Source: Camelus ferus
Lineage: Eukaryota
Assembly (NCBI RefSeq): GCF_009834535.1
Contig: NC_045696.1
Span: 63,242,001 to 63,306,000 of the forward strand
DNA length: 64,000 nt
Direction of reading: 5' to 3'
Positions within the stretch are counted from its first letter, which is position 1; each line of letters starts with the position of its first letter. The notes beneath the pieces were generated by a model, which saw nothing but the letters and a program-made list of their open reading frames with translations, was not told the origin of the DNA and ran no database searches. Shown here piece after piece: positions 1 through 55,029 of this stretch. Both the position numbers and the translations under genes were made by a program.

Positions 1-45268
<45,268 letters not shown>

Positions 45269-48200
45269 CAGTGCATCCGTCCCAGCGGTCTTCCAGCAGC
45301 AGTTTTGAGGAGAATATAAATGTGGGGCTTTATCTGATTCTACGTGTCAGAGTGGCACTCTTTCAGTTTATGTCCCTTCCAATACAGTAGCTGATTTGAG
45401 AGCTTTTTTTTTTTAAACGAAACAAAAGGAGGTTCGCCTGTCAGTTAAATTAATAATCAATCTATAAAGTCTTATACCGTCACTCAGTAACTCTAAATAT
45501 TATACATATTTCCAGAATTTTCTTGCTTGTTACCCTCAGTAATAATTATAGGGTACAGAAGAAAGTTGGTATTTGGAAGATTTTTAGACATTAGCTTCTA
45601 AGACTGAGTTTATGCCTTTACATTTATTTTCACAGCCCCCTTATTAAAAGAAGTCATCATTTATATATAGGTCCTAAATTTGTGATTGATAAATAAAGTA
45701 GGTGTTAATTAGTCTCCACTGAAAAGTGGGTAGAAAGCCTATTTTCATTGGATTTCAATATTTCTCCCGAAGAAAACTCGGTGTACATGCATCAGTTCCC
45801 TTTGGTAGCCTAGGCTTAGGGGTGAGTTTTATGGTGTTGCTTATAGAACAACTCAGGTAATTTCCATTTATGAGTTTATATTTTCTGTAAAACTGCCTGG
45901 GTTTTATTTTTCTAATCAGCAAGGTGCTTCACTGCCTTCTTGAGATGTCCCTCAAAGCTATTAAATGGATCTTGTGCTATGTCTGGTGTCAGTAGTGTAA
46001 TTTGCTTTAGTTAAATATTGTAGAACCTTTTCAGTAGGAAAAAGGCTGATTTCTCTTGGCAGTAGTTATAGATCTATCCTTCTAATATCTTTTCTTATCT
46101 GTTCTTTCCCTCTCAGGTTTTATATTATTTTAAATGTCTTTTTATTTTCTTCTATGTCTTTAATTACCTAAAGGTAATAGTGAGTTGTTTTGGGTTTTTT
46201 TTTTTTTAGTTTTTTGAGTTAGAATTTTACCTCCCAAATTTGTAAAGGTTTGACGTATGTCTCTCCTATCCATAATGAGGCTTAAAAAATGAGTGATTTT
46301 GAATGCTATTTTTTCAAAGCAATATGAACCCGGTGAGTTTGTTTTATGCCATTAGGTGGCGCCAGAGGTCAGAGTCACCGTATTTTGAATTGGATGTTTA
46401 TGAATGAGCATGTTGGTTATGGAAATTTCTGGGAGAAAAAGAAATTGAAACAAAGTTAAAAAGTTCATTGAGCCAAAAGAAATGTGGAAGATATTTTTCA
46501 CGTTTCTTTTTTGCCTGGGAAATGTTTAAATTCTAAACAAAATTAAGATAATTTATAAATACCTTTATAGGTAAGATCCAGCAGTTTGGCAAAGCCCAAA
46601 GAAAACTGATATTGCTGTAAAATGGACACTAAACTACTAAGACTGTGTGATCTTATCCTTTGTTCGTTGTTAACCAGTAGCATGCCTGTGCTTTCCACAT
46701 CCAGCTGATCATTATTTTCTTGATATATATTTACCAATTTGATCAAATGTTATCCAGAACCGTAGAACCAAAGGGTTCTCGTTTTTTATGCTGCAGAGAC
46801 CTGATGATGTTTGGTACCTGTAGAAAAATGTAAGTTACACTCAGGATCACTGTTATTGCTACAGCCACTGCTGATTCTGACAAAAATACAATCGAAGTTT
46901 TCCATCAGAAAGTATGATACTATATTAATACATATTAGCTGATAAGAACAGTTATTCCAGGAATGATTCAATGAAGCTATGCATTTAGACCTCTTGAGCT
47001 GTGAATTAGCACTGTTTTCTATAGTTATTCTCTTGATCATTTTATAATTTCCACATTCATTTCCAGTACATACAAGTGTGAGTCTTCAGTGATCTCCCAG
47101 AACTGTAAAGTTTTTCTTTCATTTAAATACTGAAGCATATAATTAAAGTAATTGCTAAGTAGCAGCTTAAAAATCAACTATCAGATTGTATTTAACATCT
47201 TTAAGAGCATGATCATAAAGAACTATATTTTTGACACCCTCCCCCCTTTTTTAACATTTAGATTTTATAAGGGTTTTATATCACATCTGTCCATATTGTT
47301 TTTCAAAGGAATGAGGTTTTTAGATAGGTGGGAAAAGCACTTGTAGAAGGTTAGATTTGAAAATAGACACGGTGGGTTGTTCAGGTTGTAATTGATGGCT
47401 TCCTGAATGTTATTTGAAGAATGTCTGTGAATCCAGATGTGTGTCCTACTCAGTGCCATAGGTAGATGAGTCTTCTCTCAGTAGGTCACCATTACATAGT
47501 AATTTTGATTCTGAATTTCACAGTAAATTATTTGAGTGTATACAGACCTAAATTTAAAAATCTGTACATATATTATTTTGATGTATTAAGAGTAATAAAT
47601 ATTGCTGATTTAAATTTTATTTATGCACATACTTAAAGGACAAAAATGTCCAGGAAAGTAATTGTTAAATAATATGTAACTTTTTAACTTTTTAAATAAA
47701 TAACAAGATTTTTAATGTGTGTCTCCCTCAGGGTTGTTTAAAGTTTTTTTTCCTCCCTCAAATATAAATAGTGGTAACTATATGTTTTATATCTTCTAGC
47801 ACCAACTGCTGTAAAGCAATGCTGCAAATAATGCTTGAATAAAAGTGGCTAAGCCAACAACAAAATAAATACTTTTTATATTAGTTTTATAATCCTTACA
47901 TTCGAAAGCTTTCCAAATTGTACTTGTGTTTAAACCAAACTCTTGCAATTTTTACTGTTTGTTTTGTTTCCCATGTTTATGAAAATACTGCACAGTTTCA
48001 AAGGCATGGTGAATTATATCAGCATTTATGTATTCTGTTCCCCAAAGGCTATGGATCCAATGTCCAGAGAAGAGCAAAATTTAAGCTTCAGAAAACATTC
48101 TAAGATTTCATGCATGTAGTTTTGACATATCTGAAAGTAGGTTTTTGTATATTTATGGTGGGAGGCGGTTGGGAACTTTTAACAAAATGTTAATTTTTGT

Positions 48201-48505
48201 ACAGTCTGTGGGCATTTACACATATTTTTAATGTATTAAGATTTGGTAATTATGTGCACATTAATAAAATAGTTACTTCCTGTTATGATTTGTGAATTCC
48301 CTAAGACTTTGGATTTTTTTTAAGTAACTTTATATCAGAAATGATACTGCATCTTTATATTTTTAAAATTGTATTGCTGCTCAAGAATGGTACCCTGATG
48401 TCAAAAAGGCATACATTGAGAAGTATACATTCAGCACTGTAAATAACCTTATGAAATTTTTTGATTGAAGCTGTTCAAAATAAAGATTTAAGTGAATGAT
48501 ATAAC
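45269..48505 (+). other. ATP13A3: ATP13A3 3'UTR (~3.2 kb, AU-rich, repeat-poor)
   Basis: AT-rich sequence after the stop with several AATAAA; composition changes after ~48500. Confidence 0.75.
48479..48484 (+). terminator. Probable distal polyadenylation signal of ATP13A3
   Basis: AATAAA followed ~20 nt later by CA and a T/GT-rich downstream element (tttcttttttttctgtgtcttt). Confidence 0.7.
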
Positions 48506-50009
48506 ATTTCTTTTTTTCTGTGTCTTTATCCGTTTGTTTACTTTCTAATTACATGAATATTACCCTCTCTAGACTTAACTTTCCTGCTTAATACTTCTCC
48601 CATTTCCTGTTTTTTTTTTTAACTTCAAGTTTTTCACAAAAATAAATACAATTTCCACATATCATCACATCATGTCTGTGACCATCTCCTGGAAGCGCAT
48701 CACTCAAATGTAAGTGTCAGGAGGTCTGAGGGAAATGGTGAAATAGAAGACTAGGACTTATCTATTAACAGTTGGGAAGATCAAACCAAAAGCTAATGCC
48801 ATGCGAGCCGTAGTTAAGTCTGAGGTAAAGTGTCCGTGCGTGCAAAAGGCACTCCACGGAGAGAGAAACCGTGGAGCTGACTACTGGCTGTAGGAACCCC
48901 AGAGGGCAGGGTGTGCTGGGCCTCCAGCTTGGGTAGGAAGTGTTTCCTTGTATCAAGTTCTGCAGGAGGCACGTGTCCTGCTGCGGGCCATGTGGATGGG
49001 TTGGGTGGTGTGAACTCTAGTTTGAGCCCAAGTTCTTCCCACTCACTATGGATTGTGTAGCAAATGATTGTGTCCTTACAGCCTGCCGGTGGTGGCACAG
49101 TTCTTCAAGCTCTTCCCCTGTGAACTGCCAAGTGCTTTATTCTGGGTATATATTACAAGGAAGGGCACGGGGAGTTCTAGGAATTTGAATGAGACTGTCC
49201 CTGTTTGACGGGGTTGTGATTACTCCACAAGTACAGAGGGAGTCCCACTGTGCCCCAGCCTTAGTGTCTCCCCTATGAAGGAAGAAAAGCATCTCTCATC
49301 TGAGCAGATACCTGCTTCTGCATGGCCAAATCCTGTAGGCCAGTGTTCTATGACTTTGAAACAGAAGATGCCACTTAGGGCCGTAGATTCCTGACCTGTT
49401 TCATGGATCCAGAATCCAAAGGGCTTGAAACACTGGAGCCATCAACTTCATTGCTCAAAGTACTTCTCAATACCTCATCAGTCAGTTCAGTGGATGAATT
49501 CCCAGTGTTCCTCCACTGTCTGCAACTTCTGTGCCCGGCTTTCCCTTTTTGGGCCATCGTAATGTCTTCTATTCAAAGAATAAAACTTGGAGATAATTGT
49601 CATTGGAGGTCTTCTGGGGAAATAGACTAAAGTTTCACTGGAATTTGACTTGAAGTCTTACTCTGATGATCCCAGAGTACCTCCTCCCAGTCCTCTGGAG
49701 CATCTGAGAATGTTCTTAGCCTTACTATTCCTAAAAGGGGGAGAGGGGACCTAGATTAGAATGGGAGCAATGTGGCATGAAAAGGAAGACTCAAAGGAAG
49801 TGTGGCCCAAACAGGGGCATGGCTGCTGCAGTGATCCAGCTGCATTACTCCTGCAACTTCTGTGTCCAGTTTTCGCTTCTGGGGAGAGTCATATTGTGCA
49901 ATTTCTCTCCCTCCTACTTTTATCATTCAGCTTTGGCAGTAGGATTCAGGTTAAATATGATCTCTTTTTCAAAGTTGGAAGATATGTGTCATTGAAAACC
50001 AGAATATGC

Positions 50010-50130
50010 CCTCTGAGATAGGGTTCTTTCCAAGACTTTTATTCTGGGAAGGTCTTTATCCTCAGGATGCAAGGCTACCTCCCTCTTCCTTTAAAAAGTG
50101 CAGAATCACACGCAAAGCTCTAAGCCTTTC
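50010..50130 (+). promoter_or_regulatory. GP5: GP5 proximal megakaryocyte-type promoter (GATA + Ets)
   Basis: AGATAG 50016-50021, TTATC 50056-50060 next to CAGGATG 50063-50069, CTTCCT 50085-50090, TTTAAAAA 50090-50097; lies directly upstream of putative exon 1. Confidence 0.7.
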
Positions 50131-50158
50131 AGTTGCTTTGGGTGCAGCACCATTTCAG
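50131..50158 (+). other. GP5: GP5 non-coding exon 1 (start approximate)
   Basis: AGTTGCTTTGGGTGCAGCACCATTTCAG|gtaagg: strong donor; closely resembles the human GP5 5'UTR as I recall it (AGTTACTTTGGAGTGCAGAACCATTTCAG). Confidence 0.8.
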
Positions 50159-50399
50159 GTAAGGCTAAATATTTTAAAATTTAGTATGGGCAACTGGAGG
50201 GCTCAGTTTAGTCTGTGTGTGCATAAGAAATAGAATTTAGTACAAGAAGCAATTAGTGTAAAATTACGTTTAGGAAACATTGTTTTGGCAGATTAGTATT
50301 ACTGTGTGAAGTTGACAGATAATTCAATGCCATGATTACTAATTTTTAATTAAGCATCTTAGAAATGACAACTCTGCTTATGGCTCAATCAGAAATACT

Positions 50400-50580
50400 A
50401 CTCTCAAATTCCAGCTCTGTGACTCTGGTTAAGTTACTTAACCTTTCTGTGCCTTACTCTCATCATCCTTTAATTGGGGATAACATCACCTACCTCATAG
50501 GGCTGTTGAAAGGATTAAATGAATTAATTTAAATAAAGTGCTAAGAACAATACGTGGCATTAAGTGATAGGTATTATTAC
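50400..50580 (+). mobile_element. MIR SINE in the GP5 intron
   Basis: aagttacttaacctttctgtgcctt...cacctacctcatagggctgttgaaaggattaaatga. Confidence 0.85.
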
Positions 50581-51159
50581 CTACTTTTCTCAGTGTAGCT
50601 AACAGGGTGTTCACGGTTTTGGTGTGTCCCTGTTTTAGTAAAGTAGGTACTGCAGATTCAGCATGATTGTGATAAAAGGAATCAGATGGTGATTGCTGCT
50701 GTTTTAACAGACTTGGCTGTTCCCTTCATGACTGTATGTTATAGCCACCTCGGGCTAACTTATAAAGTCAGAGAAGCAGGGCTCTTTTCACAATGGGCAC
50801 AGCTCTGTGATGCCTGTGAGCTTGATTGTGGGGAAGATTAGCTGAATTCATTCTCTTTATGTAAAGGTGTAAGGGTATTGACTTTTGTATAGTTTGAAAT
50901 GCTTTAATTTCAATACTTTGAACTGAGAGTGGAAAATCAGTAAAACAGAAGAATGAGACTCCCATAGTGTAGAATGAACGTCTTTTCACCACCGACGAAA
51001 ATCAGCACTCGTAAGAGGAGACGTACTTGTGTGTCTGGGTAACATTCAAAGTCAGTGATAATCCTGGCGAAAGGATCATGCCTCTGCAGGGTTACGAGAT
51101 CGAAATTCGAGCCTTTGCTCTTTTGTGTGCTGCCCACAGATCTGTCACTGTCGCCTGGT

Positions 51160-52700
51160 TTCAAACATGCTGAGGAGCGCTCTGCTGTGCGCGGCGCTCG
51201 GGCTCCTGCGCGTGCAGCCCTTCCCCTGCCCACCCGCCTGCAAGTGTGTCTTCGGCGACGCGGCGCAGTGCTCGCCGGGCAGCGTGGAGCGCATCGCCGG
51301 GCTCGGCCTGCCCACCAACCTCACGCACATCTTGCTCTTCCAAATGGGCCGCGGCGCCTTGCAGAACGACAGCTTCAGCGGCATGACGGTCCTGCAGCGC
51401 CTCATGCTGTCCGACAGCCACGTTTCCGCCGTTGCACCCGGCACTTTCAACGACCTGATAAATCTTAAAACTCTGAGGTTGTCGCGCAACAAGATCCCTC
51501 ACCTTCCAGGTGCGTTATTGGATAAGCTGGTGCTCCTGGAACAGCTATTTTTGGACGGCAATGAACTCAAGGGCCTTGACCAAAATATGTTTCAGAAACT
51601 GGTTAACCTGCAGGAGCTCTTTTTGAACCAAAACCAACTCGCTTTCCTCCCTGCTAGCCTCTTCACACGCCTGAGGAACCTGAAATTGTTGGATTTATCG
51701 GAAAACAATTTGACGCATCTGCCCAGGGAATTGTTTGGGGCCCAGGTTAACCTTGAGAAACTTCTGCTCCACTCGAACCATCTCGTCTCTCTGGATTCGG
51801 GGCTGATGGACAGCCTGCGCGCCCTGATGGAGCTGCAGCTGGACAGAAATCACATCCGTTTCGTCGCACCCGGCGCCTTCGACCGGCTGCGAAGCCTGAG
51901 CTCTTTGACTCTTTCCAGAAACTGTCTCGATTTTCTGCCCTCCGCCCTCTTTCTTCATTTGCACAATTTGACCCTCCTGACTCTGTTCGAGAACCCGCTG
52001 GAGGAACTCCCGAAGGTACTCTTCGGGGAGATGGGCGGCCTGAGGGAGCTGTGGCTGAATGGCACCCGGCTGCGCACCCTGCCCAGCGCCGCCTTCCGCA
52101 ACCTGAGCGGCCTAGGGACCCTGGGGGTGACACTGAGCCCGCAGCTGAGCGCGCTTCCGGAGGACGCCTTTCAGGGCCTGGGCGAGCTGCGGGTGCTCGC
52201 CCTGCGCTCCACCGGCCTGGCCTCTCTCCCCGCGGGCTTGCTGCGCGGCCTCGGCCGGCTGCGCCACCTGTCGCTGCGCGGTAACGGGCTGCGGACCCTG
52301 CCCCGCGCGCTCTTCCGCAACCTCAGCAGCCTGGAGGTGGTCCAGCTCGACCACAACCAGCTGGAGACCCTGCCTGGCGACCTGTTTGAGGCTCTGCCCC
52401 GGCTGGCGGAGGTTCTGCTGGGGCACAATCCCTGGCGCTGCGACTGTAGCCTGTGGCCTTTCCTGGAGTGGCTGCGGCGGCACGCAAACCTCGTGGGTCG
52501 AGCCGAGCCGCCGCGGTGTCACGGCCCCGGGCCGCGCGCCGGCCTGCCGCTCTGGGCCCTGCCTGCCGGAGATCCTTGCCGGGATCCGCGGAGCCCGCCT
52601 TCCCTCGGGTCCTCCCAGCCCGCTGTCCCTGGTCGCGCTGCCTTGCGGCCCAATCGCTCCGAGTCCGGGGCGTGGGCCCAGCCGATGCCCGAAGGCAAAC
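51160..52700. other. Intragenic CpG-rich region over the GP5 CDS (densest at 51160-51450 and 52030-52700)
   Basis: Visibly high GC and CpG density against AT-rich flanks; not computed. Confidence 0.75.
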
Positions 52701-52840
52701 ATCAAGACCGTAGCCTGTTCTGGGGTCTTTATTTTCTGCTTTTAGGGGCTCAGGCCGTAATAACCGGGATCATTATGTTTGCTATGATTGAACTCGGCAG
52801 GCTCTTTCGGAAATTAATCAGAGACCGCGCTCTTGTTTGA
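51167..52840 (+). CDS. GP5: Platelet glycoprotein V (CD42d), 557 aa, single coding exon
   Basis: ATG at 51167. Signal peptide [27 protein letters not shown], ~15 LRRs, LRRCT NPWRCDC, PR thrombin site, TM segment [10 protein letters not shown]..., tail [12 protein letters not shown]. Lies next to ATP13A3 as in human. Confidence 0.97.
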   Translation: MLRSALLCAALGLLRVQPFPCPPACKCVFGDAAQCSPGSVERIAGLGLPTNLTHILLFQMGRGALQNDSFSGMTVLQRLMLSDSHVSAVAPGTFNDLINLKTLRLSRNKIPHLPGALLDKLVLLEQLFLDGNELKGLDQNMFQKLVNLQELFLNQNQLAFLPASLFTRLRNLKLLDLSENNLTHLPRELFGAQVNLEKLLLHSNHLVSLDSGLMDSLRALMELQLDRNHIRFVAPGAFDRLRSLSSLTLSRNCLDFLPSALFLHLHNLTLLTLFENPLEELPKVLFGEMGGLRELWLNGTRLRTLPSAAFRNLSGLGTLGVTLSPQLSALPEDAFQGLGELRVLALRSTGLASLPAGLLRGLGRLRHLSLRGNGLRTLPRALFRNLSSLEVVQLDHNQLETLPGDLFEALPRLAEVLLGHNPWRCDCSLWPFLEWLRRHANLVGRAEPPRCHGPGPRAGLPLWALPAGDPCRDPRSPPSLGSSQPAVPGRAALRPNRSESGAWAQPMPEGKHQDRSLFWGLYFLLLGAQAVITGIIMFAMIELGRLFRKLIRDRALV

Positions 52841-53089
52841 GACAACGGGAAAAACTTGCAATTAATTAAAACGTGACCAGAGTATTGTCAGACATGGATC
52901 TGGGGAGAGTCCAGATCGTTTTCCTCTCCCTTCTTACTCCTCCTCCGCCTTTCCCACCTCCTTCACTCCATCCCTCTATCTCCCCCTCTCTCCCACCTCC
53001 CAGTCTCCCCGCCAACAGTATCCTTTACTGTTGTAAATTGGGACTGCCTGCTTGCCTCAGTTTCCCCCTCCACCGTGTGCTCCCGGGGG

Positions 53090-53260
53090 CTTGGACTGTG
53101 TCAGCCCCTCCTTGTGCTCTCAGCGCCGTGCGGGGCGGGAGACGGGTCTCTTCAGCGTGTACAGGGAGGGTGCAGAGGAGCCAGCCAACTCCATGCCAGG
53201 GCCTGCCTCCCGCACCTGGTGGGTGACTGGTAAATGTTTGTGAAATCAATGAATAAAATG
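53090..53260 (+). mobile_element. Degenerate L2 3' end in the GP5 3'UTR
   Basis: ggactgtg...cacctggtgggtgactggtaaatgtttgtgaaatcaatgaat. Confidence 0.5.
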
Positions 53261-53919
53261 AATACATGGGATCCAGTGATGATGGCTTTTCCTAGGGGAG
53301 AGGATGGATTGCTCTCTTCATCTGCTTTATTTGAAAAGCAGAATTCTTCCAGTTCTTTCTTATCTGTTTCTCACTATATGTATCTCTGATCTCTGGGGTT
53401 CGGGAGAGAGCTCTGAACTCCATTCACGCAGAGCATCTTTTCAAAGTAGATCTACTCTGTGATAGGCTGAGAGAGAAAACACAGCCTGCCCTCCAGGATC
53501 TCAGCACCCATTGACAGAGCCCTTACAACGGGGTCTGGGCTGAGCGCAGAGGAGCGGGGGAGGGGCGGGCAGGAGGGCGAGTGGGACCGAGGTTGAGGCG
53601 GGTGGGTAAGGGTCGCTGATCCCCACTGTCCCCAGGGGCATGCCCGGAAAGCACTGCTCTGCTTGTTCACGTGGTCGGTGAGTTTACATCTGCTTCCTAC
53701 AGGGGTGAAGTACGTCATTTTGACACTCGGTTGGTTTTCTTTTCCTGGAACTAAACGCTAACTCATTTCACAAGCATTTATGGAGCACCTGACAGTGACA
53801 GGTGTTCATGAATGTAATGATAAGCTTGGTTTCTAGTTTATTATGCTCAGATCACGTTCTCATTTATTCCAATTGAAAGCAGTAAAACCCTTGTTGCTTT
53901 AATTAGCTGTCTGCTTGTG

Positions 53920-54172
53920 AGACGCAGTGGTTAATACATGGGCTGGAGAGTCAGCAACCGCACGTTCAGATCCCAGCTCCACCTACTAACTGCACAGGGC
54001 TGTGGGCAAGAGACCTAAATTCTCTAAGCCTTTCTTTCCTCATCCCTGGAAAGGGATAAATAGTACCTGCCTCACAGAGTTGTTGTGAGAACTAAAGGCA
54101 ATAAAGCATCTGATGACTTAGCCCAGTGCCCTGCATACAGTAAATGTTCAATAAATGGTAGCTTTTATTATT
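53920..54172 (+). mobile_element. MIR SINE
   Basis: gggctggagagtcag...cccagctccacctactaactg...aatagtacctgcctcacagagttgttgtgaga...cagtaaatgttcaataaatggtagc. Confidence 0.85.
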
Positions 54173-55029
54173 AAAGGGCAAGGAATTATTACTGCTGTCA
54201 TGATTTCTAAAGAGCTTTGAGCTGTTTTTATTTTTTTCCTTTGTATATATAAAGGTGAGAGCAAACATCTTCAAATAGGAAATTCACTCAAGTCAGTTTG
54301 TCCTGCCCTGTGTGATCAGGCTCTGTGCTCACAGTCCAGAGAAACAGATGCTCCAATAACAACCACTGGATGTGGAGCAGGAGTTGCTGGATTCCTGGCA
54401 TTTGTAGGTGCCCTTCTCCTTCTAGGCCAAGTTCAAATGGCTCCTGGTAAAGTCTTCCCTGACTGCCCAGGCAGACTAAACTGTTCCCTGCCGTGGGCCC
54501 CACTGTCAGGCTATCAGGCACTAAGCATTCACCCACTGCCTCTGGTCCTGCTCACCATTCACTCTAGGGGTGTGTGTGTCTACGAGCATCTTTGTCTTAT
54601 TTAGTTCCACTGCTCCAAATTGTGAAACTCCTACAGCAGAAAACTCAGACTTTTTTGATGGAATATGGACTCTAGTCCTAACCACTATGCTTTTTGGCAA
54701 GCTTTCTAAGCCTCCATTTCTTCACCTGTAGAGAGAGGTTAATAATGGTCCTTGCCATCCTTGCAAGGATGAAAAATAATACAGGCCAATGTATATGGGT
54801 CTCTGTAGAAGTCGGCTTTCATTATGATTCATTCTTTCAGAACACACCATGTTCTAGCATGTGTCAGTGCCTCTGCATGTATTCATTCACTCAGCCGGTA
54901 GTGGCTCAGTATCTCCTCTGTACCAGGCACTCTCCTAAGCAGAGGGAGAAAGCAGTGGGTAAAACAAAGTATATGCTTCCACAGGATTTATATTTTGGTG
55001 TCCCCTCCAACTAAAACATCTCCCACGAA

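Noticed and set aside
51125..51166. GTG-initiated 14-aa N-terminal extension of GP5 in the ORF track (571 aa)
   Set aside because: It lies in the intron or 5'UTR. The signal peptide starts at ATG 51167 (A at -3).
51055..52745. Many overlapping antisense and alternate-frame ORFs (up to 197 aa) in GP5
   Set aside because: Expected from stop-codon scarcity in GC-rich coding DNA; low-complexity R/P/G/A peptides with no recognisable domain.
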